Shown: piece after piece, positions 11,000 to 22,813 of the stretch
How positions within the stretch are numbered: the stretch's first letter is position 1
Layout: each line of letters starts with the position of its first letter
Source of the DNA: Trypanosoma brucei
Lineage: Eukaryota
Assembly (NCBI GenBank): GCA_000002445.1
Contig: CP000067.1
Span: 832,001-896,000, forward strand
Length of the DNA stretch: 64,000 bases
Direction: 5' to 3'
The notes under the pieces: generated by a model
The model's input: the letters and a program-made list of their open reading frames with translations, nothing else
What the model was told of the DNA's origin: nothing
Database searches by the model: none
Position numbers and translations under genes: made by a program

Positions 11000-13900
11000 A
11001 GCAGCTTCCGTCACATTTCGGATTGCCTTTTAACGGCTGGAAATCAGTTTCCAACCAGCAGGCTCATTCTGTAAATTCGCGCTGGGAAGCTTACATCCGC
11101 TTCTTCTATGCGAACACAACAATATACTTTCAAAATAACTACTCACTGTGAAAGTATCATATTTTACTGTTTTTATGTCGTCCCACTGAAGGAGTTTGGT
11201 GTATACATGAAGCATCCGCCGCAACGACAGCTGAAATAACACCTTTTCTCCACGCGAACGCCATTGAATATGGGTTGCCTAGAGGACTGGACGGAACAAC
11301 GGGAAGTACGTGTACACGGCGTCTGGAGCTCGTAAAAAATTAAATGGAATAGTTATACTTGTATTTATTTCAACGGTTAAGAAGATTGATCGTTATGGTA
11401 AAAGTATGGAAAGAAGTAAAAATAAGGTAGCGTTGAATGAGGAGTCGTGAAGGGGATGAAAATGAAAGAATGCTCCAACTCGCAGACTTTATTCTCACTA
11501 ACTAGATCCGCTTTACCGTATATTTCAATGTAGTATAAGAGTGTTATTCTTCCGCGAGGTGAGTGTGAGATTTGTAAAGGTGAGCATCCCCTCACGCTGT
11601 TGGTACAGAGCCATCGGTGTCGGAAGCGGCTGCTGCCATATATCCGCGGAATGTGAATGACCTCCAGGAAACAGTAGAAGCCACCAGAAAGGAAGTAAAG
11701 TGAGATTTTCCCATGATAATCCTAGAATCAACGCTAGCCCTTGGTTTCTCACAAGTTTGTATCTTTTTTTTTCCTTTATCGTCTTGTTACGTTTTGCAAT
11801 TCACCCTTTTTTTTCGAGCCTCTCCTTAAACTTTTTTTTCAAGAACCTTTCTCGTTTCTTATTTAAATAATTATTAGAGTTTATATCCTGGATACCTTCA
11901 TGAAGTTCTTTTGCGTCCCTTTTTGAAACCTATGTGCATGGCACCGTTGTAATGTTTCACAAATCCTGTTGCATTCCATGCGATTGAGATTCATATCTTC
12001 CCTGGAGGCGTCAGAAATTGCAGAGTAATGGTGAGTTGAGTTTACCGTTAGGGGGAGGCCAAATGACTGTTCGCACCCTGTCATCAGGGAGACATGGCAG
12101 CTCACCGGCTGTTGGTTGTTGGGGTAACGGGGGAAGTGGAAACGATATTGGCTCCCTGATGTGGGAACCGATATCTTTGTTGTCCCTTGCACGCTCTTGC
12201 ATGTTCCCGTGGGCGTGTAGGGACAACTCCTGTTGTGGAGAAGACATCAGAGGCAACTGTAATTCACCTACTGGCGTATGGTAAGGGACTGTCTCTTCAA
12301 ATTTTTTGGGGGGAAAAAGGAAGGCTTCTTTTGCGTTTTGAAGGGGACATACATCCACGCGACGAAGAAGTGAAATGCAAAATGATGCCTGTATTTCCGG
12401 AACATTGATATAGCAAACCCTTCTAGGGGTTGACGAGTGTCAAAATCGGCAGAAAATAGCACAGGTAGAATGCAAGGCTCGTAACAAAATGGAAACTGGA
12501 AGAGTGTCAGTTAAACCGAAACTCGCTCAGGAGTAGTGGAACACACTCGTGTCAATATTTTTCTGTGGCCAAATCTGGAATCACCTGACCACTACTGGAA
12601 GGTTGCATGGAAGAGATAGTTTGAAGGTTTGCAGAAAGGCAATGGAGTAGCAATTCGACGAAGGAGGAAACTTAAATACCCCACATATCACGCGGAATGC
12701 TGCCTTGGAATAGGATTCCGCAGAATATGAGGGATAAATGTTATTGCCGCCTGAAGGAATAATAGTCACTTATAGGGATAGGGGTTTACGATGGGAATTA
12801 GGCAGTTCCTTCAGCTGTTGGAAGTTTTGAAGCAAATAGACAAGACAGCAAAAACAATGAACTTCCTGAGGAATCAGAGCAGGCAATGCAAAAGGCACTG
12901 ACCGAAGCGCAGAGTAGAACACGATACAAATGTAGATGGTGCGATTATTAGCGTGTTCATGTGTCGGGGCCCATTCTGCACACAAGGAACAAACACTCGG
13001 TGGAAGTTGGAATGAAAAAAGATACAAATGATAAAGCATCTCCGGCATCAAAGACAGCTCCAAAGACCCTCCAACGCTCGCAGTACAAAATGCGTGCAAC
13101 AAAGTGACCTCACTGAACTCATGCAGCGGAAAGGCGAATGCAAAATAGGAAAAAAAGCACAACACTGTAAAAAGTGGGTACTACTCATCTTCCCTAAAAC
13201 CGTCACAACACCCCTCCCCAGGAAGCGCTGCGTAGAGAAAGCGGTCGAAAATGCGGCAAACAGATGGTTGCCGTTTCGCATGCAACTGGCACGTTTCCAT
13301 GCAAGCTATTTCAACCAAAGGATTTGGAGCTAAACACAGAGGAGCGTCAACAGACTCAAGATAACTGTCAAAGGAATTCACACTGAAACGACCATGGGTT
13401 GGTTCAACACAAAAAAACACGCTCTTAATTAACTCTATAAGATTCTTTCGCATTCCACAGTTTCTCACGTCTCCACTGACTTGTTTCCTCTCTACGAAAA
13501 AGCAGCTCTACTTGTTTGCTACACGTATCTAAAGGGATACTGACACTTTTTTGAAACGTGTTCATCGCCTCATATCGCTTATCTTCAGACTGTTCCCACA
13601 AAGGAGCTGAAGAGCTTAATAAAAATAATAAAAATATGTTCGCATTCATACCATCAAACCCCAATAACGGAAAACATTGAAGAAAAGAATTTCCCTGCAG
13701 TTACTGATATAACATGAAGACCAACAAAAGAACTTACTCAACACTCCATAGATGGTATGTAATTAACATGCACCCAGAAACATACGCAGCCGATAGATAA
13801 TAGAAGGATCGAAATAAGTCCTCAAAATATATGCGATACAGCCTCCACTTTTTTTTTGACCTTCGCCTACGCACAAACCGCTATAAAATTGCTATGTTCC

Positions 13901-15179
13901 TTTTGAGTCGACAATTATTTTGCGTTTCTGTCAGCGCATATATCGATCTTTTCAAAAACTTTCAAACAATGCGTACAATCCTCCCCACCTAGGCAATTGC
14001 AACCAAATTTTACCAACCACCTTTACCACATATTTTGCCGAGAAAATACCCCGTGATTTGATTTTTCGTTAAATTTTTCGCCATGGAAAAGTGCATTTGT
14101 TGCTTTTCTTCGCTTCATTAATTTTACCACTTACTCTAGTAGTGTGTTTCAGGACCTCCAATAATTTGCTGCTATCGTTTATTTTGTTGGAGAATTTCTC
14201 TTCGCTAGATAAAACTTTACTGAAGGTTTTGAACGTTGTCAGTAAATCTGGCTTCTGCGGTGCACAAGCGCCGTATATTTATTTTTTTCATAAGTGCGTG
14301 CCTCAGAAATAGCACTTCCCTGGCTCAGTAATGGGACAACCACGCCCCTGTTGACTTTATTTTGAAGCTTTCTCTTACTACATCTCGGAGTAAGTTTCTT
14401 TCCCTCATGAGCTCATAAATTTCCACCACTGGTTCTTTCTCTTTTCTAGAGATGTCATTTTCACACGTCAAACCAGCTGTGATGACCTCAGATGTTCTAT
14501 TTTTTATTTTCAGTGTGGTCCCAAGGTCTCTTTCATGTAGTGAAGTTCCGGAATTGGTCTTTTATGGCTTTCATCTGTCTTTGTTCACTTCTTTTTTCAC
14601 TTTGTTTCTGCGAGTCACATATTCCAACCGTTGTCACTATGTTTTGTTAGCTCCTTGGTAGTATGTCTGTTCTGACCCACAGTAATCTGGCACTTCTTTC
14701 TTTCCATCCGTTCCATAGTGTTCATATAACCTCACCTTCGTCGTCGCAGACAAAACCATCATTTGCTCTTGATCACCTTCTTTGTACACGTAACGTTCTA
14801 TTTTCTCCCCCTTGCCATACACACGCAAATACGCAAAAATGGAGAGAAAAGTATACATCCTTGCAACCTGAACTCCCTTGTTTACCTATAACTTCAACAT
14901 AGTTCGGTCTTTTCTCGATCCACTGTATCCCCTTCTGAAAAAAAGACAAAGCATATGAGCGTACATGCTTCGTATCAAACGAAAACTCAAACTGAAGCAC
15001 GTGTGTGACCATGCATGCTCTCGCGTGATATTTAGTATCGTATACCTGTGCTACTAAGAAAATATAAAGATGCGCGCAAAGAGGAAAGGGGGTGTCTATG
15101 ACAATAGTGGCTCTGAAGATGAAGCTTAAAAAGGGAAGTAACACAAACGAGTGGAAACTGTATTCACACATTCTTGATA

Positions 15180-16109
15180 TTATACTGAAGACGCCATAAG
15201 ACTACTGAAAAGGGAATGGAGTTTGTCAGAGAGGGTGTCAATTCTGGAAGCACGTTCCGACAGCTTAGAAAGCATGACTTCAATTTCTGAGGATACATCA
15301 TTTATTTCTTTGAGGTGAGGAAGAAAAGACTTGAAAACTCTTGTTACGTTCACATCTTCTACCAGGCCGTATCTATTCGCAAGGACCTTGTCCCTACCCA
15401 AATTACCCCTTATTCCCCTGTGTTTGAAGATGTGTCCATGGGAAGTGGACACCGAATCAACTCTGTCAGCCAGTTTTCTTCCTCCAGTGCTATACGCCGT
15501 TCCATTGTGAAACCTCAAGTCGACGTGCTCGTCCCTGCTGCTGTCAAATTCGGTAATTATATCAGAAACGTCCCTTCCAGTTAAGGTTCCATCACACGTG
15601 ACTTGTATCCCATTATTCCTACAAAAGCCATGTGAATTATTCAGCATGCGCACTGCCTCCGATCCAACTCTGTACATCTCCTCCATTGTGGCTGCATACC
15701 TGGTTCCGGTTCTTACAACATCCATTGCCTTTTCCTCCATATAAGAAACACTAAGATCGAATTTCTTCCGTAAGTAGCTTTCACCTTCGAAAACACTCTC
15801 CATCTCATTTAATATTTCCTTCATTTTATCACCCTTCTCTTTTTTCATAAATGGTTTTCCGCGTAGGAATAATTCTCTCCACGCTGCATTCTGTTCTTCT
15901 GCCGAATACCTCTTCTCATACACCTCCTCTGCATGTACTCTAGTTCTTAAAAGTAGATCCTCCGTCACATTAATCATCCAATTAAGCTTCTTCACGACAC
16001 AGTCAATTTGTTTAAGGGTTGAGAGTGCTTCTTTATCAGTCTCCTGCATTCGAGAATCCACCAAGACAACAGAAATTGCAGCAAACACTACCGGAACTAT
16101 CCTCACCAT
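15180..16109 (-). CDS. Array gene B1: secreted-type ~310-aa protein of an unrecognised family, with signal peptide and no GPI-type C-terminus
   Basis: Start chosen at the internal Met (MVRIVPVVFAAISVVLV) of the 15180-16187 ORF, matching the signal-peptide starts of its paralogs. Conserved blocks are IDCVVKKLNWMINVTEDLLLRTRVHAEEVY and DKMKEILNEMESVFEGESYLRKKF. Confidence 0.7.
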   Translation of the reverse strand: MVRIVPVVFAAISVVLVDSRMQETDKEALSTLKQIDCVVKKLNWMINVTEDLLLRTRVHAEEVYEKRYSAEEQNAAWRELFLRGKPFMKKEKGDKMKEILNEMESVFEGESYLRKKFDLSVSYMEEKAMDVVRTGTRYAATMEEMYRVGSEAVRMLNNSHGFCRNNGIQVTCDGTLTGRDVSDIITEFDSSRDEHVDLRFHNGTAYSTGGRKLADRVDSVSTSHGHIFKHRGIRGNLGRDKVLANRYGLVEDVNVTRVFKSFLPHLKEINDVSSEIEVMLSKLSERASRIDTLSDKLHSLFSSLMASSV

Positions 16110-16254
16110 CCCAAGCACTTGTACCACGTAAAAGAGAACTACAGAAAAATACACGTTCTTTAAGAGAAGCACCACACACACACACACGCTAGTAGCGTGA
16201 AACTTACAATTGTAAAAATATTTTAGAAAATTACTAACATTTCCCCACCTATTT

Positions 16255-17439
16255 CTAAAACGGTACCAAGACGCACAAAAGCAACGCTACCCATGGTAGA
16301 GTTTGTTGAAACTTCACCACACCATTATTATCTTCACTATAATTATCATTCCATGGAGAATCCTTCGCGTTTCCTAATGTTTCCGTAAGTTCATTGGTCC
16401 TTTCCTTCATTTTAACAATACTTCTGACTTTTTCTTCAAGTTCCAGAAGCAACCTATCGAGTACAGCTCGTTGAGCTGTGATGGAGGTGTTTCCTGCAGA
16501 TATCTTTATGACGCTGGCACTCAGCAGATCGATTAGTTCCTGAAATTCTTCTCCAATAGAACTGAAGTTTGCCATAAGTCTGTCATTCTGTGTGTAAAAG
16601 AGGCCACCAGAAAGTTCATTGATAAAGGGCTTCTTCCCTTTTGTGTACGGCTGGTATGTCGTCGTGATATAGCATCCATAAACAGCATCGGCACCTTGAT
16701 CTCCTGCATTTCCCATAGTCAAACTGAGTTCTGTATTAAGAGGATTTTCATACTCAGCAAGGCCACCCTCGCTGTGCTGTGGTGGCTCAACTGTGCAGTC
16801 TCTGGGAACACTGCCGCGTTTACCACCTCTTATGCAATCGCCAGTTGCCCCTCCATCCACCACAAGACAGCAATTTCCATATCCTAGTGCTGCATGGTGG
16901 AAAACTTCCACCATATCCTTAATCCAGTACGCGTACGAGTCAGACATATTCAGAAGGTTCCACGATGGCAACCTCATAGCCCGCAGTGAAGTATTCATGT
17001 TTTTAATGCTTTTTTTTAACTCCAATAGTGACTCTTCCGTTTCAATCAACAACTTTGCCACCTCATTCACTCTTTTACCTCCATCTGGAATTACTTCTTT
17101 CAGAACATCCACTAAAATTGTTTTTGTTCGAACACGTGCACTGTAGTGAGCTACAATTTTTTCACAGTCTTCCACTATTTTCTCCCCGAATTTCATATTA
17201 TGTGTCACATTGTTCCTCAGTTCCCTCAGCTTCCTAACTATACTACAGATGGCATTTGCATCACTTTGTGTCAGTGCCTTGCCCTTACCCTTTTCATCAC
17301 CCTCCGGTCCACTGTTAGCACATGCCACCACCAGAAAACTAAACATAATCACCACTCCTCCAACTGAAATCATATTATCACCTTCATACACAAAACAAGC
17401 AAAAAGGAGCTTTGAAAGCATGTGCTTCTTATTCCCCAT
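16255..17439 (-). CDS. Array gene A1: ~395-aa predicted GPI-anchored surface glycoprotein of an unrecognised family
   Basis: N-terminal hydrophobic signal (an alternative start is Met23, MISVGGVVIMFSFLVVACA). Many NxS/T sites. Motif CCLVVDGGATGDC. Hydrophobic C-terminus LPWVALLLCVLVPF. The first ~135 codons are identical to A2 and A3. Confidence 0.75.
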   Translation of the reverse strand: MGNKKHMLSKLLFACFVYEGDNMISVGGVVIMFSFLVVACANSGPEGDEKGKGKALTQSDANAICSIVRKLRELRNNVTHNMKFGEKIVEDCEKIVAHYSARVRTKTILVDVLKEVIPDGGKRVNEVAKLLIETEESLLELKKSIKNMNTSLRAMRLPSWNLLNMSDSYAYWIKDMVEVFHHAALGYGNCCLVVDGGATGDCIRGGKRGSVPRDCTVEPPQHSEGGLAEYENPLNTELSLTMGNAGDQGADAVYGCYITTTYQPYTKGKKPFINELSGGLFYTQNDRLMANFSSIGEEFQELIDLLSASVIKISAGNTSITAQRAVLDRLLLELEEKVRSIVKMKERTNELTETLGNAKDSPWNDNYSEDNNGVVKFQQTLPWVALLLCVLVPF

Positions 17440-17728
17440 ATCATACTGTTATTCAAGTAAAGACAAATCTTCGCTGACACATTATCAAGGCACCCAAAAA
17501 CATGATATCGCAATGCGACCACACGTAGTCGGCCAGAAGCAGCAATAGCATATAAACACACATTCATATTTGCACATGCACATTCATTTCATGGTTATTG
17601 GACGGTTATTTTATGGTTATTTGCAAGAGGAGGGTGCAGTGAGAGTGTTAATACTGCTGACAGTTGTTGAGGCACAGGGTGTAAAAAGAGAAGGTGAGCG
17701 AAAGAGGCGTGTGTTCTCTTTTTCATTT

Positions 17729-18658
17729 TTAAGCTGTGGATATGGTGATGCTGCTGAAGATTGACTGGAGTTCCTTTTCGAGAGCGTCGATTCTGGAAGT
17801 TTGTTCCAACAGCTTGGAAGGCGTGGCTTCAATTTCGGAGATGATGTCGTTGATTTCTCTTAGAGGTGTGACAAACAACTTGAGAAGCTCTGATGCATTC
17901 ACCTTTTCTACCGAGCGAAGTTTATTCGTTTGGACGTTGTCTTTACCCAAATTGTTCCTTATTCCTCTGTGCTTGAGGACGAGCCCAAGGGAGGTGGACG
18001 CCGTATTGACTTTATCGGCCAATTTGTTTCCCCCATGGCTCTGAAACCCTCCACCGGTAAATGACAAGTCCATATAATCAGCGTCGCTGTCGAAATCGCC
18101 AACAATACCGGAAATATCTTTCCCAACAAAAGTTGTCCCGCACTTGACGTATGCACCATTATCCCCACAATAGCCATGCGACTTATTTACAATACATACT
18201 GCCTCTAATCCAACTCTGTACATCTCCACCATTGTGGCTGCATACCTGGTTCCGGTTCTTACAACATCCATCACCTTTTCCTCCAGATAAGAAACATTAA
18301 GGTTAAATTTCTTCCGTAAGTAGCTTTCACCTTCGAAAACACTCTCCATCTCATTTAATATTTCCTTCATTTTATCACCCTTCTGTTTTTTCATAAATGG
18401 TTTTACGTACACGAATAATCGTTCCCAGGCTGCGTATCTTTCCTCCGCCGAATACCTCTTCTCATACACCTCCTCTGCATGCACTCTAGTTCTTAAAAGT
18501 AGATCCTCCGTCACATTAATCATCCAATTAAGTTTCTTCACGACACAGTCAATTTGGTTAAGAGTTGTCAGTGACTCGTCGTTGTCCGCTTCTGGTGACA
18601 TGTTCTCTGCCAACACAACCCAAACTACAAAAAGCATCACTAGAAGTATCCTTATCAT
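17729..18658 (-). CDS. Array gene B2 (309 aa): signal peptide, no anchor signal
   Basis: MIRILLVMLFVVWVVLA signal. Conserved B-family blocks. C-terminus SIFSSITISTA is not hydrophobic. Confidence 0.75.
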   Translation of the reverse strand: MIRILLVMLFVVWVVLAENMSPEADNDESLTTLNQIDCVVKKLNWMINVTEDLLLRTRVHAEEVYEKRYSAEERYAAWERLFVYVKPFMKKQKGDKMKEILNEMESVFEGESYLRKKFNLNVSYLEEKVMDVVRTGTRYAATMVEMYRVGLEAVCIVNKSHGYCGDNGAYVKCGTTFVGKDISGIVGDFDSDADYMDLSFTGGGFQSHGGNKLADKVNTASTSLGLVLKHRGIRNNLGKDNVQTNKLRSVEKVNASELLKLFVTPLREINDIISEIEATPSKLLEQTSRIDALEKELQSIFSSITISTA

Positions 18659-18779
18659 CCTATAAACTTATTCCACACAAAATCGAACTACAGAAAATAA
18701 TGCCCCTTTCCGGAAAGAGACCACACCGCTAGTAACATGAAGCTGTTATTAAAAATATTTTATAAAATTACTCACTTTC

Positions 18780-19970
18780 TCAACTATTTCCAAATACAAA
18801 TGGGAGAAGAAGCAGAGCCACTCCTAGCAGAGTTTGCTGAACCCTTGCTACACTGTCACTCTCATTACTCTCTTTATCATTCCAATGAATATGTTTCACT
18901 ATTCCTAGTGTTTCTGTAAGTTCATTGGTTGTTTCCTTTTTTTCCAGAATATATCTGACTCTTTCTTCAAGTTCCAGAAGCAACCTATCGAGTACAGCTC
19001 GTTGAGCTGTGATGGAGGTGTTTCCTGCAGATATCTTTATGACGCTGGCACTCAGCAGATCGATTAGTTCCTGAAATTCTTCTCCAATAGAACTGAAGTT
19101 GGCAACGACGTTGTTATTCTGTGTGTAAAAGAGTCCTCCTGAAAGTTCATAAATGAGAGATTTCCTCCCCGAAGTGTAAGACTGATGTGTCGTCGTGATA
19201 TAGCAGCCATACTCCGAGTAGTTTCTGTAGTTTCCTGCATTTCCCATCGTTAAAGTGAGTCCTTCATCAAGAGGGTTTTTGTACTCAGCAAGGCTACCCT
19301 CGCTGCGCTGTAGCGGCTCAACTATGCAGTCTCTGGGAACACTGCCGCGTTTACCGTTCTTCATGCAATCGCCCGTTGCCCCTCCATCCACCACAAGACA
19401 ACAACTTAGAGTGCTAAGTGCCGCGTGGGCAAAACTCTCCACCGTGTCCTTAATCCAGTACGCGTACGAGTCAGACATATTCAGAAGGTTCCACGATGGC
19501 AACCTCATATATCCAAGCGACGAATGCATTTGCGCAACTAAATTTCTTAATTCATCTTTCAGTACTTTCATATCGCTCAAAAGCTTTATTATTTCAGTTA
19601 AAATTTCATCTTCTTCCGGAATTACTTCTTTCAAAACATCCACTAAAATTGTTTTTGTTTGAACACGTGCACTGTAGTGAGCTACAATTTTTTCACAGTC
19701 TTCCACTATTTTCTCCCCGAATTTCATATTATGTGTCACATTGTTCCTCAGTTCCCTCAGCTTCCTAACTATACTACAGATGGCATTTGCATCACTTTGT
19801 GTCAGTGCCTTGCCCTTACCCTTTTCATCACCCTCCGGTCCACTGTTAGCACATGCCACCACCAGAAAACTAAACATAATCACCACTCCTCCAACTGAAA
19901 TCATATTATCACCTTCATACACAAAACAAGCAAAAAGGAGCTTTGAAAGCATGTGCTTCTTATTCCCCAT
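18780..19970 (-). CDS. Array gene A2 (396 aa): predicted GPI-anchored surface glycoprotein
   Basis: The 5' ~400 nt are identical to A1 and A3. The central region is divergent. C-terminus LLGVALLLLPFVFGNS is hydrophobic. Confidence 0.75.
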   Translation of the reverse strand: MGNKKHMLSKLLFACFVYEGDNMISVGGVVIMFSFLVVACANSGPEGDEKGKGKALTQSDANAICSIVRKLRELRNNVTHNMKFGEKIVEDCEKIVAHYSARVQTKTILVDVLKEVIPEEDEILTEIIKLLSDMKVLKDELRNLVAQMHSSLGYMRLPSWNLLNMSDSYAYWIKDTVESFAHAALSTLSCCLVVDGGATGDCMKNGKRGSVPRDCIVEPLQRSEGSLAEYKNPLDEGLTLTMGNAGNYRNYSEYGCYITTTHQSYTSGRKSLIYELSGGLFYTQNNNVVANFSSIGEEFQELIDLLSASVIKISAGNTSITAQRAVLDRLLLELEERVRYILEKKETTNELTETLGIVKHIHWNDKESNESDSVARVQQTLLGVALLLLPFVFGNS

Positions 19971-20259
19971 ATCATACTGTTATTCAAGTAAAGACAAATC
20001 TTCGCTGACACATTATCAAGGCACCCAAAAACATGATATCGCAATGCGACCACACGTAGTCGGCCAGAAGCAGCAATAGCATATAAACACACATTCATAT
20101 TTGCACATGCATATTCATTTCGTGGTTATTGGACGGTTATTTTATGGTTATTTGCAAGAGGAGGGTGCAGTGAAAGTGTTAATACTGCTGACAGTTGTTG
20201 AGGCACAGGGTGTAAAAAGAGAAGGTGAGCGAAAGAGGCGTGTGTTCTCTTTTTCATTT

Positions 20260-21204
20260 TTAAGCTGTGGATATGGTGATGCTGCTGAAGATTGACTGGA
20301 GTTCCTTTTCGAGAGCGTCGATTCTGGAAGTTTGTTCCAACAGCTTGGAAGGTGTGGCTTCAATTTCGGAGATGATGTCGTTGATTTCTCTTAGAGGTGT
20401 AATAAAGGACTTGAATATCCTTGGTGAGTGAACAAACTCTACCAAGCCGTTTCCATTCGTGATGACCTTGGATTTACCCAAGTTACTTCTTATTCCTCTG
20501 TGCTTGATGATGTGCCCATAAGAGGTGGACGCCGCATTAACTTTATCGGCCAACTTGCTGCCTCCGTGTCCGCTCTGCGCTACTTTCTGTGTTTTCCTGT
20601 TTTGGAATGACAAGTCGATGTGTTCAGAGCTGTTTTCCAACACTCTAACGACGTCAGAAATGTCTTTCCCAACAAAAGTTGTCCCGCACTTGACGTATGC
20701 ACCATTATCCCCACAATAGCCATGCGACTTATTTACAATACATACTGCCTCTAATCCAACTCTGTACATCTCCACCATTGTGGCTGCATACCTGGTTCCG
20801 GTTCTTACAACATCCATCACCTTTTCCTCCAGATAAGAAACATTAAGGTTAAATTTCTTCCGTAAGTAGCTTTCACCTTCGAAAACACTCTCCATCTCAT
20901 TTAATATTTCCTTCATTTTATCACCCTTCTCTTTTCTCACAAAGTTTTTTACGTATACGTATAATTCTTTCCATGTTGTGAACCTTTCCTCTAGTGAATA
21001 CTTTTTCCCATACACCTCCTCTGCATGCACTCTAGTTCTTAAAAGTAGATCCTCCGTCACATTAATCATCCAATTAAGTTTCTTCACGACACAGTCGATT
21101 CTTTTTAGAGTAAAGCATGGTTCTCTATAACTCACCTGTGTTCTTCCAGCATATGGCAACACAAAGAAAACGACGGTAACGGTCACTTGACTTATCTTAA
21201 TCAT
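20260..21204 (-). CDS. Array gene B3 (314 aa): signal peptide, no anchor signal
   Basis: MIKISQVTVTVVFFVLPYA signal. Shares the IDCVVKKLNWMINV and DKMKEILNEMESVFEGESYLRKKF blocks. The C-terminus is identical to B2. Confidence 0.75.
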   Translation of the reverse strand: MIKISQVTVTVVFFVLPYAGRTQVSYREPCFTLKRIDCVVKKLNWMINVTEDLLLRTRVHAEEVYGKKYSLEERFTTWKELYVYVKNFVRKEKGDKMKEILNEMESVFEGESYLRKKFNLNVSYLEEKVMDVVRTGTRYAATMVEMYRVGLEAVCIVNKSHGYCGDNGAYVKCGTTFVGKDISDVVRVLENSSEHIDLSFQNRKTQKVAQSGHGGSKLADKVNAASTSYGHIIKHRGIRSNLGKSKVITNGNGLVEFVHSPRIFKSFITPLREINDIISEIEATPSKLLEQTSRIDALEKELQSIFSSITISTA

Positions 21205-21337
21205 TCCACACTCTTACTTCAGGAAAAACTAAGCCAGTTCGAAGAGCGTACCTTTTTTGGAAGGGCACATCGCTTACACGCTAGTAGTAATAAGCTGTCA
21301 ATTGCACAAATATTTTAGAAAATTACACACTTTCCAC

Positions 21338-22525
21338 CTATTTCCAAAATACAGAAAAGACGAAAAGAAGCAGAGCCACTTCTGATAGATTTGGTTTCTT
21401 GCTCATACCATCACTCTCATAACTCTCATTATCATACCAGGAAACATCTTCTATGCTTCCTAATCTTTTCGTAACATCCATGACTCTCTTTTTCCTTTTA
21501 AGGATATCTCCAACTTCTTCCTCAAACCTCAGTAACAAGCTGTGGAGTATAGTTCGTTGACCTGTGATAGATGTGTTCCACGTGAAAATGTCGCTGATAC
21601 TAGTGTTCAGTTGATCGATTAGTTCCTGAAATTCTTTTCCAACAGAACTGAAGTTGGCAACGACGTTGTTATTCTGTGTGTAAAAGAGTCCTCCTGAAAG
21701 TTCATTTATAAAGGATTTCTTTGTATTAAAGCCACCTGCGGTGCTTGTGATGTAGCAACCGTAACTATTTGGGGTTTTACCGTAGTTTCCTGAATTTCCC
21801 ATAGTCAAACTGAGTTCTGTATTAAGAGGATTTTCATACTCAGCAAGGCTACCCTCGCTGTGCTGTGGTGGCTCAACTATGCAGTCTCTGGGAACTATTC
21901 CTCGTTTTCGGTCAAAGGGACAATCTTCCATTGACCCTCCATCTACCACAAGACAGCAACTCCCGGGGCTAAACGCTGCATAGTGAAAAAAATCCACCAT
22001 ATCCTTAATCCAGTACGCATATGAGTCCGATATATTTACAAGGTTCCACGATGGCAACCTCATAGCCCGCAGTGAAGCATTCATGCTCGTAATTGTCTTC
22101 CCTAATCCATCCCTCAGTTCCCCCATCTTCTCCAGGATTCTTTCCATCCCACTGAAACTTGACTTTTCTTCTGCCATTACTTTCTCCAACACGCTCACCA
22201 GCATTTTCTTAGACATAACTTTCGCGCCGTAGTAACTTTTCACGTCTTCAGCCTCGTCCACTATTTTCTCCCCGAATTTCATATTATGTGTCACATTGTT
22301 CCTCAGCTCCCTCAGCTTCCTAACTATACTACAGATGGCATTTGCATCACTTTGTGTCAGTGCCTTGCCCTTACCCTTTTCATCACCCTCCGGTCCACTG
22401 TTAGCACATGCCACCACCAGAAAACTAAACATAATCACCACTCCTCCAACTGAAATCATATTATCACCTTCATACACAAAACAAGCAAAAAGGAGCTTTG
22501 AAAGCATGTGCTTCTTATTCCCCAT
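21338..22525 (-). CDS. Array gene A3 (395 aa): predicted GPI-anchored surface glycoprotein
   Basis: Same N-terminus as A1 and A2. Motif CCLVVDGGSMEDC. C-terminus LSEVALLLFVFSVFWK. Confidence 0.75.
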   Translation of the reverse strand: MGNKKHMLSKLLFACFVYEGDNMISVGGVVIMFSFLVVACANSGPEGDEKGKGKALTQSDANAICSIVRKLRELRNNVTHNMKFGEKIVDEAEDVKSYYGAKVMSKKMLVSVLEKVMAEEKSSFSGMERILEKMGELRDGLGKTITSMNASLRAMRLPSWNLVNISDSYAYWIKDMVDFFHYAAFSPGSCCLVVDGGSMEDCPFDRKRGIVPRDCIVEPPQHSEGSLAEYENPLNTELSLTMGNSGNYGKTPNSYGCYITSTAGGFNTKKSFINELSGGLFYTQNNNVVANFSSVGKEFQELIDQLNTSISDIFTWNTSITGQRTILHSLLLRFEEEVGDILKRKKRVMDVTKRLGSIEDVSWYDNESYESDGMSKKPNLSEVALLLFVFSVFWK

Positions 22526-22813
22526 ATCATACTGTTATTCAAGTAAAGACAAATCTTCGCTGACACATTATCAAGGCACCCAAAAACATGATATCGCAAT
22601 GCGACCACACGTAGTCGGCCAGAAGCAGCAATAGCATATAAACACACATTCATATTTGCACATGCATATTCATTTCATGGTTATTGGACGGTTATTTTAT
22701 GGTTATTTGCAAGAGGAGGGTGCAGTGAAAGTGTTAATACTGCTGATGCTTGTAATTAACATTGGCTCAAAAGGAATTATGTTCACGCATTTTTTTTATT
22801 ATACTGAAGACGC

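Noticed and set aside
14773-15171. 132-aa minus-strand ORF immediately downstream of B1
   Set aside because: It lies in the expected 3'UTR of B1. It has no signal peptide, no similarity to the array proteins and non-coding-like composition.
16793-17146. 117-aa plus-strand ORF (MQSLGTLPRLPPLMQSPVAPPSTTRQQ...) repeated at 19255-19662 and 24403-24756
   Set aside because: It is antisense to the conserved part of the A genes. Conservation across copies is explained entirely by the sense-strand genes.
17146-17764. Several identical small ORFs (112, 65 and 64 aa) recurring at 19659-20295 and 22296-22868
   Set aside because: They fall in the homogenised A 5'-end and B-to-A spacer block. They are antisense to a gene or intergenic, and are better explained as repeat-unit sequence than as genes.
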